Shown: positions 23,796 to 30,964 of the stretch, piece by piece | Layout: every line of letters starts with the position of its first letter | Numbering within the stretch: position 1 is the stretch's first letter | Source: Caldimicrobium thiodismutans | GTDB lineage: Bacteria > Desulfobacterota > Thermodesulfobacteria > Thermodesulfobacteriales > Thermodesulfobacteriaceae | NCBI RefSeq assembly: GCF_001548275.1 | Contig: NZ_AP014945.1 | Location: 1,050,001-1,082,000, forward strand | Direction: 5' to 3' | DNA: 32,000 nucleotides | Translations under genes and position numbers: made by a program | The notes under the pieces: model-generated | The model's input: only the letters and a program-made list of their open reading frames with translations | What the model was told of the DNA's origin: nothing | Databases searched by the model: none

Positions 23796-24669
23796 GTATC
23801 CTTTCAAGAAGAGTTCTTAATTTTTCAGTAAAATAAAACTCCTCAAGAAATCTCTGTTTAAAATAGGGATCTTCAAAAAAATTTTTTAAATTTTGTAAAA
23901 CACCTCCCCCGAGATAAATCCCTCCAAAGGGTTGAAGGGTAACTGCAATTTCATAACAAATTCTTCCCAGGATTGAAAAGATCTTTTCTATTACCTTTAG
24001 GGCTAAGGGGTCTCCATTCTTTGCTTTTGTGCTAATTTCTTCAGGGGTAAGCCTTTCTTTGCTATAAAAGAAATACCAATTCGCCAAAGCTCTGCCTGAA
24101 AGGACCTCTTCATAGGTGCCTTTTAATCCATGATGACTTAAATTCTCTAAAAATTCAAACTCTTCTCGGGATTGTGCAGGAAATGGAGTGTGTCCTCCTT
24201 CTGAAGCAAGAATTTTTAATGGGTTTTTACTGAGTAAAAAGGCTATTCCAAGACCTGTGCCCACAGCTAAAAAGGCCTTTGGATAGGGTTTTAAATTTTT
24301 ACCTTTTTTGATCTCCAGTATATCCCCTTTAGAAAGCAGGAAAATACTTCCAGCCAGGGCATAGAGATCATTAACCATGATAATCCTTTGAAAGGGAAAA
24401 ACCTTCTTTAAATCTTTAGCCTTTACTGTCCAGTTAAGATTTGTAATTTTGACTTCTCCTGCCAAAACTGGCCCTGCTAACGCAAGAAAAAGAGAAAGTT
24501 CATCAAGGTGTCCTATCTCTTTTAAAAAAATAGAAAGGATTTCTTGCAAATTTGAAAAATTCTGATTTTTATAGATCTTGAGCTGATTAAATTTATTTTG
24601 AGGTAAAGATAAGAGGGCAAGCCGAGAGCTTGTCCCTCCTATATCCCCGATAATCCAGTATTTACTCAA
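23719..24669 (-). CDS. glk: Glucokinase (Glk family)
   Basis: N-terminus WIIGDIGGTSSRLAL matches the glucokinase ATP-binding start. 316 aa. Confidence 0.75.
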   Translation of the reverse strand: MSKYWIIGDIGGTSSRLALLSLPQNKFNQLKIYKNQNFSNLQEILSIFLKEIGHLDELSLFLALAGPVLAGEVKITNLNWTVKAKDLKKVFPFQRIIMVNDLYALAGSIFLLSKGDILEIKKGKNLKPYPKAFLAVGTGLGIAFLLSKNPLKILASEGGHTPFPAQSREEFEFLENLSHHGLKGTYEEVLSGRALANWYFFYSKERLTPEEISTKAKNGDPLALKVIEKIFSILGRICYEIAVTLQPFGGIYLGGGVLQNLKNFFEDPYFKQRFLEEFYFTEKLRTLLERIPIYLILHPFPGLLGAQTILRSQLKK

Positions 24670-24672
24670 AGT

Positions 24673-25296
24673 TTATTTTTTGGTTGATGTTCCTGTTTTA
24701 CTTGTTTCCTTGGACTTGGGGGCTTCACTTTTTGGAGCTGGGCTTACTCCTTTTCCTTTGGTTTCATCATAATGCCTATTAAAAAGATCAACAATAACAG
24801 GAGAAATATCCACTTTTGGAGAGACATAATAAATACCGGGTTGTCCTCTTTCCATAATTAAATCATATTTTTCCTTTTCTACATAGCTTTTAATAATTCC
24901 TTCCAGTTCTTTAAAAATAGGGTCAAGGAGCTTTTTTTCGTATTCCTGCATTTCAAATTGAGCATCCTCTTGTAAGGTCTTAAGCTCTCTTAATTTTTTC
25001 TGATACTCACTCTGTTTCTTTTCTCTCATATCTGCTGACCAGAGCTGACTTTTTTTCTCAATCTCATCTTTTAGGGCTTCAAGCTCCTTTCCTTTGGCCT
25101 CAAGTTTGGCCTGAAGTTCTTCATACTTCTTTTGAAGTTTTTCCATAACTTCCTGGCCATACTTTGAGGTATTAATAACCCTTTTAATGTCAATCATTCC
25201 GATTTTTACAGTTTCCTGTTGTGCCAAAGCCACTCCATTAAATTGGACTAAACTTAAAATTAAAAATCCAAAGAATAAAGCAAATCCTCTGTTCAT
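24673..25296 (-). CDS. skp: Periplasmic chaperone Skp/OmpH family
   Basis: Signal peptide followed by KIGMIDIKRVINTSKYGQE... and a long charged coiled-coil region typical of OmpH/Skp. Confidence 0.75.
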   Translation of the reverse strand: MNRGFALFFGFLILSLVQFNGVALAQQETVKIGMIDIKRVINTSKYGQEVMEKLQKKYEELQAKLEAKGKELEALKDEIEKKSQLWSADMREKKQSEYQKKLRELKTLQEDAQFEMQEYEKKLLDPIFKELEGIIKSYVEKEKYDLIMERGQPGIYYVSPKVDISPVIVDLFNRHYDETKGKGVSPAPKSEAPKSKETSKTGTSTKK

Positions 25297-25389
25297 TTTA
25301 TTTCTTACCTCCTTTTGTTTATAATATAAGTATATCTCCTTTACTTGATTTAAAAAAAACGATGGACAAAAACTCCATATTACCTGGGC

Positions 25390-25411
25390 TTAAAAGCCCC
25401 AAAAGGGGGCT
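25390..25411 (-). terminator. Possible rho-independent terminator downstream of pal
   Basis: Minus strand reads AGCCCC-CUUUU-GGGGCU followed by UUUAAG. The stem is 6 bp and GC-rich; the U-tract is short. Confidence 0.4.
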
Positions 25412-25480
25412 GTCTCTCTGTCCTTCAACTTCCATTTTTACCTTAACATATTTTCTGATAGTTGACTCCTTATGGGGATA

Positions 25481-26056
25481 TTATTTCAAAACAAAATCAA
25501 CTCTTCTATTTATAGACCAGCAAGACTCATCACTTTCCGTGCATAGGGGTTTTTCTTCACCAAAGCTTATAACATTAATTCTGGATTCATCAACTCCAAG
25601 TTTAACCAAAACCTTTTTAACTTCAAGTGCCCTTTTCATACCAAGAGCCATATTATACTCATTTGTTCCTCTTTCATCGCAATTTCCCTGTAATTCTACC
25701 CTGGCATTTGGATTTTCAAGTAAGTATCTCACATTAGCCCTAACTCTATCCCACATATCTGATCTAATGGAAAAGTCATCGTAATCAAAAAAAATGGCAA
25801 GAAGAGGTGGGGTTGATCTTCCATAAAGTTTCCAGAGCTCTCTATCCATCTTTGATGTAGGAGCTATTTCTCTTTTTTCCTCTCCTAAAATTTTGGATAT
25901 TTCCTCTCCTTTTTTCTCACCCATTGAGGGTTCTTTTTTTACTTCTTTTACTTCAACTTGAGGAGGCGTTGGAGCTTCAACTACAGGAGGAACTTCTTTT
26001 TTTGCACAAGCTGAAATAAAAAAGACAAAGCTGAAAATTAAAAGAAACTTTTTCAT
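25481..26056 (-). CDS. pal: Peptidoglycan-associated lipoprotein Pal (OmpA-C domain)
   Basis: Lipobox FISAC and OmpA-like block VELQGNCDERGTNEYNMALGMKRA. Start set to ATG 26056, 8 nt after AGGAGG. The track GTG at 26065 abuts the Shine-Dalgarno sequence. Confidence 0.88.
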   Translation of the reverse strand: MKKFLLIFSFVFFISACAKKEVPPVVEAPTPPQVEVKEVKKEPSMGEKKGEEISKILGEEKREIAPTSKMDRELWKLYGRSTPPLLAIFFDYDDFSIRSDMWDRVRANVRYLLENPNARVELQGNCDERGTNEYNMALGMKRALEVKKVLVKLGVDESRINVISFGEEKPLCTESDESCWSINRRVDFVLK

Positions 26057-26105
26057 ATTATACACCTCCTTTTGCAGGGACAGACATACAGGTCTGCCCT
26101 ATATA

Positions 26106-26684
26106 TTACGAATATCCCGTTATATCCATCTCAAAAAGAAACTCTCCCAATAAAAACTGGTATTCCCTTTTAATATACTCACAAAGTCTATAAAGTAAAG
26201 TCAACTCCTCAGCAATTGCCTGAGTTAACTTTATATACTCCTCTTCTCTAAATTTTTCTTTAAGTCTCTTGCAGAAGAATTCTCGGCACAAATAGGGCCG
26301 GGCAAAAATTTTACAGCCCTTAGGGCCTACAAAAAAACATCTACCTGAAACCTCTCGCTCTAATGGTATTTCTTTATTTAAAAACATATTTATTAAAAGA
26401 ATGTTAATGGTTACCTCATTTTCAAGCCCTGCTTTGCAACAACCTTTCTTATCAATTACAGAACAAATGTAACATTCCTCAAAACTTTTTATCTTTTCCA
26501 TGATTGAATTAGAATTTAAAACTGCCTGCTCATATTCTTTTAAAAGATTCAAAAAGTCCTCTTGTTTTAGAAAATGGTCCTTCCATGAAGAAAATAGGTC
26601 TTCGGCTATAGTAAATTTTTTATGAAGAAGTTCCTCAGGGGAAGAATAGGTTCTTTGAAAAAGAAATTTTAGTCTTGTAGACAT
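26106..26684 (-). CDS. YkgJ/UPF0153-like cysteine-cluster protein (CxxCxxCC-type putative Fe-S/Zn domain)
   Basis: CYICSVIDKKGCC ... CFFVGPKGCKIFARPYLCREFFC resembles the Pfam CxxCxxCC family layout. This is from memory and not verified. Confidence 0.5.
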   Translation of the reverse strand: MSTRLKFLFQRTYSSPEELLHKKFTIAEDLFSSWKDHFLKQEDFLNLLKEYEQAVLNSNSIMEKIKSFEECYICSVIDKKGCCKAGLENEVTINILLINMFLNKEIPLEREVSGRCFFVGPKGCKIFARPYLCREFFCKRLKEKFREEEYIKLTQAIAEELTLLYRLCEYIKREYQFLLGEFLFEMDITGYS

Positions 26685-26895
26685 AACCTTATATTCTATT
26701 TTATTTTTTTGAATTTAAAAGATAAAAGAAAAATTATATGTAGTCCCTCTGGAATTGAACATTAACATCTGAGAACTTAATATAGCTTCCTTTTAAAATT
26801 TAAAAATTAAAAGAAAAAGCCCTTTAAATCCATGTAGAATTTTATGTTTAAAACTCAGGAATTTTTTAACATAAAATTAAAGGAAAATTTTTCTT

Positions 26896-27654
26896 CTAAA
26901 TTGACATGGATTTAGAAAGGGAGTTTAAAATTTCAATAGAAAAAGCGGTTGATTCAAGAAAAGAGATACCACCAGGCTTTCTTGCAAACCCACCATCATC
27001 ATTATAACAGGCTCTAATAAAATGTTGGGCTTTATGAAATACATTCCTATGTATACTAAGACCTGAAAGTATTTTCAGAGCATAAAAGGTATTTTCAAGG
27101 AAAGAGGTAGTGCCTGGATAAAAGCCAAAACCACCATCGCCATTCTGACTTCTTAAAACAAAATCAAGGTATTTATCTTTAAGCCCGTGATTTATCTCTG
27201 AAAGATAAAAAAGATCTTCAAGGGTTTTAAATTCAAAGGAACTTGCTCTATTTTCTAATGCAGTGGTTATCATCTTCTCATTAATGAATTTTGATAAATA
27301 CCAGAGGGCAAAAATTCTTGCTGGTTTTAGTGCTTCTGAAAGAGACCAGAGGGTTAATTTCTCTTTTATATATTCTTTCAGTTCTGAAGGAAGTTCTACC
27401 TCTAAGACTTGATAAAGTTTTATCCCTTGGTAAAGTTTGAAGGGGTCATGGAGATCATAAAAGTTTAATTGAAATAAAAATCTTTTTATCTTTGGTTTTA
27501 CCTCTTTAAAAAAGGTAGCTGAGAGAAAAAAGCTTGCTAAAGTTCCAAAATAGGTGTCTTCAAGAGTTGAAGGAAGAAGAGGTGTTGCCCCAAATCCCCC
27601 GTTATCTTTTAATCTTAAAAGGAGAAATTCCTTGGTTTTTTCTTGAGAAAACAT
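26896..27654 (-). CDS. Prenyltransferase/squalene-oxidase-repeat (alpha-alpha toroid) protein
   Basis: Repeated motif around (D/N)GGF: DNGGFGATPLLPSTLEDTYFG, GDGGFGFYPGTTSFLENTFYALKIL, DDGGFARKPGGISFLESTAFSIEIL. Confidence 0.65.
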   Translation of the reverse strand: MFSQEKTKEFLLLRLKDNGGFGATPLLPSTLEDTYFGTLASFFLSATFFKEVKPKIKRFLFQLNFYDLHDPFKLYQGIKLYQVLEVELPSELKEYIKEKLTLWSLSEALKPARIFALWYLSKFINEKMITTALENRASSFEFKTLEDLFYLSEINHGLKDKYLDFVLRSQNGDGGFGFYPGTTSFLENTFYALKILSGLSIHRNVFHKAQHFIRACYNDDGGFARKPGGISFLESTAFSIEILNSLSKSMSI

Positions 27655-28395
27655 TTAGTATTTTAGAAATTTTTTAATAAAATATTTATATAGTAGATAA
27701 AATCCCATATTTAGAAGGGCGATACTTAGCCAGAAAAAATCTATCTCCCTTTCGGTAATGAGGTCTCTTATAGTATCCACAAGGGCATAGACAAGAATTA
27801 GGATAAAAAAAGTTGGTATTTCATTCTTAAGGGCCTTTTTAAGGTTAAAGGTTGTGTTAAAGGGGGTCCACTTCTTCCAGAAAGCAGGATAAAAAGCAGG
27901 GGTTACTTTAGCCCAGGCCTCCCAGGTCTCTCCAAAGGTTTCTTTTAAAAAATAATCTTCTGCCTTGACAATAAAATAATAATAACCAAAGAAAAGGATA
28001 ATTCCTAAAATGATTAGCCACCAGATTTCAGTAAAAAGAAGCCATCCAAGAAATATGGGAAAATTTCCCAGAAAGTATATAGGGTGTCTTATTATAGAAT
28101 AAAAACCAGAGGTATTTAAGGTAGATGCTTTTTGAGATCTGGTATTTCTTCCAGAAGTTCCCTTTGGGGTGTATCCAGCAATAATAAATCTTATAATAAG
28201 TCCTGTAAAGGAAATTAGAAAACAAAAAGCTTCAAAAAAGTTCTCAAAGAGGGGACTATTTTTTTCAAAGACTTCAGGGGTTATAAAGGTTTTCCAGGCA
28301 AAAAAGAGAAAAATTAAGGGAAAGAAACTTCTCCACCTGAAGAGAAAATTTCCAATTTTTACTGTTAAACTTATAAAACCTCCAGAGAAGATCAA
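27655..28395 (-). CDS. Membrane methyltransferase of the ICMT/PEMT superfamily (isoprenylcysteine carboxyl methyltransferase-like)
   Basis: Polytopic protein with the family hallmark GFYSIIRHPIYFLGNFPIFLGWLLF (RHPxY). The TTG start overlaps the DUF190 stop (TTGA). Its own stop TAA is followed directly by the ATG of the prenyltransferase-like gene. Confidence 0.65.
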   Translation of the reverse strand: MIFSGGFISLTVKIGNFLFRWRSFFPLIFLFFAWKTFITPEVFEKNSPLFENFFEAFCFLISFTGLIIRFIIAGYTPKGTSGRNTRSQKASTLNTSGFYSIIRHPIYFLGNFPIFLGWLLFTEIWWLIILGIILFFGYYYFIVKAEDYFLKETFGETWEAWAKVTPAFYPAFWKKWTPFNTTFNLKKALKNEIPTFFILILVYALVDTIRDLITEREIDFFWLSIALLNMGFYLLYKYFIKKFLKY

Positions 28396-28724
28396 GGTAA
28401 ATTTTTTATAATAACAATGGGTTGAAGGGTAATAAGGCCATGTTTAACAAGTCCATTTATTTCCGTTAAAAATTTATTTATTTTTTCTTTGGTATCAACA
28501 ATTTCTATCATGATGGGAAGATTGGAAGAAAGATCGGCAAAAGAGATGGCTCTAATTTTCCTTGAAGGCCCATATCCCATAATAGCTCTAAAGACAGTTG
28601 CACCAGAAAGACCAGATTCTTTAGCCATCTCTAAAATTTTTTTATAAAGAGGCATTTTTTCATAACGATCTTCCTCTCTCACATAGATCCTTAAAATATA
28701 ACCTTCTTGATTATATACCTCCAT
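28392..28724 (-). CDS. DUF190 (UPF0166) PII-like protein, commonly partnered with crcB
   Basis: ILRIYVREEDRYEKMPLYKKILEMAKESGLSGATVFRAIMGYG matches the family core as I recall it. Confidence 0.75.
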   Translation of the reverse strand: MEVYNQEGYILRIYVREEDRYEKMPLYKKILEMAKESGLSGATVFRAIMGYGPSRKIRAISFADLSSNLPIMIEIVDTKEKINKFLTEINGLVKHGLITLQPIVIIKNLP

Positions 28725-28739
28725 TTTACCCCCTAAAAT

Positions 28740-29117
28740 CTATTTATAAAATAAAATTCTTCCCATAGCAAGGCCACCAATTCCAGATAAAAGAGAGAGA
28801 AAAAAATTGGAAAAAATATTTAGCAAGGCTAAAAAGGTATATCCTTCTTTGAAAAGAAAGAGGGTATCATAGGTTACTGAAGAGAGAGTGGTAAAGGATC
28901 CAAGAAATCCAACCACGATAAGGTATCTATAAAGGGGGTCTGTTCCTGAGGCAAGAAAATAAGTCATAAGAAAGGTGATTAAAAAGGAACCAAGGAGGTT
29001 AACAAAGAGTGTTCCACAGGGGAAAAAGGCACAAAGGTGTTTAGCAAAAAAGTCAGAAATCAAAAATCTTGCTAAGGCTCCAAATGCCCCTCCTAAGGCC
29101 ACAAAAAGGTAAATCAT
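28740..29117 (-). CDS. crcB: Fluoride ion channel CrcB/FluC
   Basis: 125 aa with 4 TM segments. Motifs GGAFGALARF, FPCGTLFVNLLGSF and GFLGSFTTLSS. Confidence 0.88.
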   Translation of the reverse strand: MIYLFVALGGAFGALARFLISDFFAKHLCAFFPCGTLFVNLLGSFLITFLMTYFLASGTDPLYRYLIVVGFLGSFTTLSSVTYDTLFLFKEGYTFLALLNIFSNFFLSLLSGIGGLAMGRILFYK

Positions 29118-29788
29118 TCTCTCTCCCAGAGAGATAAGAGCTTTTGATAAAGAGTTAAACCCGTATCCCCTTCAGACACCTCAATTTCCAAAATAGGTCC
29201 CCCTTTTGTAGAATAATAATCAAGGAGGGGAAGATTTTGTTCATAAAACCACTTAAGCTTTTTCTGAAGGAGTTCTTCAAGATCATCTTCCCTTTCTTTT
29301 CTATCTCCAGCAGGATCATTTTTCAAACGAAAATAAAGAGTTTCTTTGTCCATCTTAAGATATATCACTTTTTCAATATGAAAAGAATAGGAAAGTTTTT
29401 CAGCCTGATAAAGATTTCTTGGAAGGCCATTAAAAAGAAGGATATCTTCCTTTTCAAAGTTACAGAGCTTTAAAAAATTTTTAAGAAGGTTTTCTGCCAG
29501 ATAGAATTCTTCTGGTTTAAGTAGTCTACCATCTTTTAAAATTTCTATGATTAATTCTTTATCCCTTTCTGGAAGTGGTATTTCATTTTGGGCAACCTTT
29601 CTTAAGTTTTTTCCAAAATCAAAGTGATGCACTTTCTTTCCGAAAAGCCCTCTTTTTTCAAGCTCCCCTCCAAGAGGGGTTTTTCCTGCCCCTGTTGGCC
29701 CGATAAGAAGAAGGGATTTAATCGGGAAGAATGGCATTGATAAAGGCATGTTTATCAAAGGGAAGTAAATCTTCAGCTTTTTCTCCAA
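29114..29788 (-). CDS. P-loop nucleotide kinase, adenylate-kinase-like
   Basis: Walker A IGPTGAGKT, plus FNGLPRNLYQAEKL resembling the adenylate kinase DGFPRT..QA block. The start is uncertain (TTG 29788, ATG 29749 or ATG 29737), and every candidate overlaps the ftsY 3' end. Confidence 0.55.
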   Translation of the reverse strand: MEKKLKIYFPLINMPLSMPFFPIKSLLLIGPTGAGKTPLGGELEKRGLFGKKVHHFDFGKNLRKVAQNEIPLPERDKELIIEILKDGRLLKPEEFYLAENLLKNFLKLCNFEKEDILLFNGLPRNLYQAEKLSYSFHIEKVIYLKMDKETLYFRLKNDPAGDRKEREDDLEELLQKKLKWFYEQNLPLLDYYSTKGGPILEIEVSEGDTGLTLYQKLLSLWERE

Positions 29789-30719
29789 GCCCTATAAAAA
29801 GAATGGGAAGCTTAAATTTATAAGAAACTGCTAAGGCTATTCCACCTTTGGCTGTGCCATCCATCTTAGTAATAATTAGAGCAGAAAGGGGTATAGCTTT
29901 TGAGAAATGTTCTGCCTGTGAGATAGCATTCTGGCCAGTTGTTGCATCAAGCACAAGGATATTGACTCTATTTTCCTTTGGAACAAGCTTATCCATGACC
30001 CTGTTCATTTTTTTTAGCTCTTCCATAAGGTTATATTTTGTGTGAAGTCTTCCAGCGGTATCAACAAGAACAAGGTCTTTATTTTCTTTGATAGCCTTTT
30101 CAAGGCCCTGATAAATAACAGCAGAAGGATCACTTCCTTCTTTCTGATGGGAAACCTCTAAGCCAAGCCTTTCACCCCACATCTTCAATTGATCAATAGC
30201 TGCTGCTCTAAAGGTATCTCCTGCAACAAGAAGAACTTCTTTTCCATCTTCTTTGAAACGCTTAGCTAATTTGGCAATCGTAGTAGTTTTACCCACACCA
30301 TTTACCCCGAGAAAGAAAAGAATCGAGGGTTTTTCGGAGGGTGGAAAGGGCTTTTCATATTCTATTAAAAGTTCAAGCATTTTTTCCTTTAATTGCCTTT
30401 TTAATTCCTTTGTGGTTAAGGGTTCTCCCTTTATTACCTTGTTTTTAAAAGGTTCAAGAAGATGTAGGGTGGTTTCAACACCAAGATCTGCTAAAATGAG
30501 TTTTTCTTCAAGCTCTTCAAGAAGATTTAGATCAACCAGTCTATCAACTTCAAAGACTTCACTTAAGGCAGAAGTAAGCTTTTCCTTGGTTTTAGAGAGC
30601 CCTTCTTTGAAACGCTCAAATAGATTCTTTTTCTTGGGGGCTTCAGTCGTATCTTCTAAAGGTTTATGTTCTTCCTGGGCTTCTTTTTGGGAAACTTTAG
30701 AAAAAAGTTTTTTGAGCAC
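29718..30719 (-). CDS. ftsY: Signal recognition particle receptor FtsY
   Basis: NG domain motifs GVNGVGKTTT, DTAGR and TKMDGTAKGG. Start set to GTG 30719, the first canonical start downstream of tRNA-Ser. The track ATG at 30833 lies inside the tRNA gene. Confidence 0.88.
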   Translation of the reverse strand: MLKKLFSKVSQKEAQEEHKPLEDTTEAPKKKNLFERFKEGLSKTKEKLTSALSEVFEVDRLVDLNLLEELEEKLILADLGVETTLHLLEPFKNKVIKGEPLTTKELKRQLKEKMLELLIEYEKPFPPSEKPSILFFLGVNGVGKTTTIAKLAKRFKEDGKEVLLVAGDTFRAAAIDQLKMWGERLGLEVSHQKEGSDPSAVIYQGLEKAIKENKDLVLVDTAGRLHTKYNLMEELKKMNRVMDKLVPKENRVNILVLDATTGQNAISQAEHFSKAIPLSALIITKMDGTAKGGIALAVSYKFKLPILFIGLGEKAEDLLPFDKHAFINAILPD

Positions 30720-30748
30720 TTGAAAAACCAGCTGATTTAATAGATTTA

Positions 30749-30839
30749 CGGAGGGGGAGGGATTCGAACCCCCGGAGGGAGAGCAAGCTCCCTCAACGGC
30801 TTTCAAGGCCGCCCCCTTCGTCCGCTCGGGCACCCCTCC
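30749..30839 (-). tRNA. tRNA-Ser (anticodon TGA), class II with long variable arm
   Basis: Minus strand GGAGGGG...CCCCTCC-G acceptor, anticodon stem GCGGC/GCCGT with loop CT-TGA-AA, about 22-nt variable arm, T-arm GGGGG-TTCGAAT-CCCTC. 91 nt. Confidence 0.88.
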
Positions 30840-30854
30840 AAACTTTGTCTATAA

Positions 30855-30882
30855 ATTATAAAACATTTTTTAGGATTAACAA
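30855..30882 (-). promoter_or_regulatory. Putative promoter of tRNA-Ser/ftsY operon (TTGTTA-N16-TATAAT)
   Basis: Minus strand TTGTTA 30882-30877 and TATAAT 30860-30855, 15 nt before the tRNA 5' end. Confidence 0.5.
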
Positions 30883-30964
30883 GCAGAGCCCTTGACAAAT
30901 TCTGGCTGTGGGGAGTATTGTTTTTTTATTAAAGAGGATTATCTTAAAAAGGAAAACTTGAAAA

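Noticed and set aside
25362-25784. 140-aa + strand ORF
   Set aside because: It is antisense to pal and to the pal/skp intergenic terminator, with no Shine-Dalgarno sequence and no recognisable motifs.
29118-29300. Fluoride (crcB-motif) riboswitch upstream of crcB
   Set aside because: The sequence upstream of crcB is coding (the kinase-like gene overlaps crcB by 4 nt). No non-coding leader and no recognisable crcB-motif pseudoknot sequence is present.
30253-30723. 156-aa + strand ORF and other + ORFs within 29237-30045
   Set aside because: They are antisense shadows of ftsY and the kinase-like gene. Their Ser/Phe-rich low-complexity translations have no motifs.
30720-30833. N-terminal extension of ftsY (track start ATG 30833)
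   Set aside because: The extension is the translated tRNA-Ser gene (MPERTKGAALKAVEGACSPSGGSNPSPS).
30749-30839. Possibility that the long-variable-arm tRNA is tRNA-Sec serving the nearby UGA codons
   Set aside because: The anticodon is TGA, which reads UCA Ser codons, not TCA. The 7-bp acceptor and 5-bp T stem also fit an ordinary class II tRNA-Ser.
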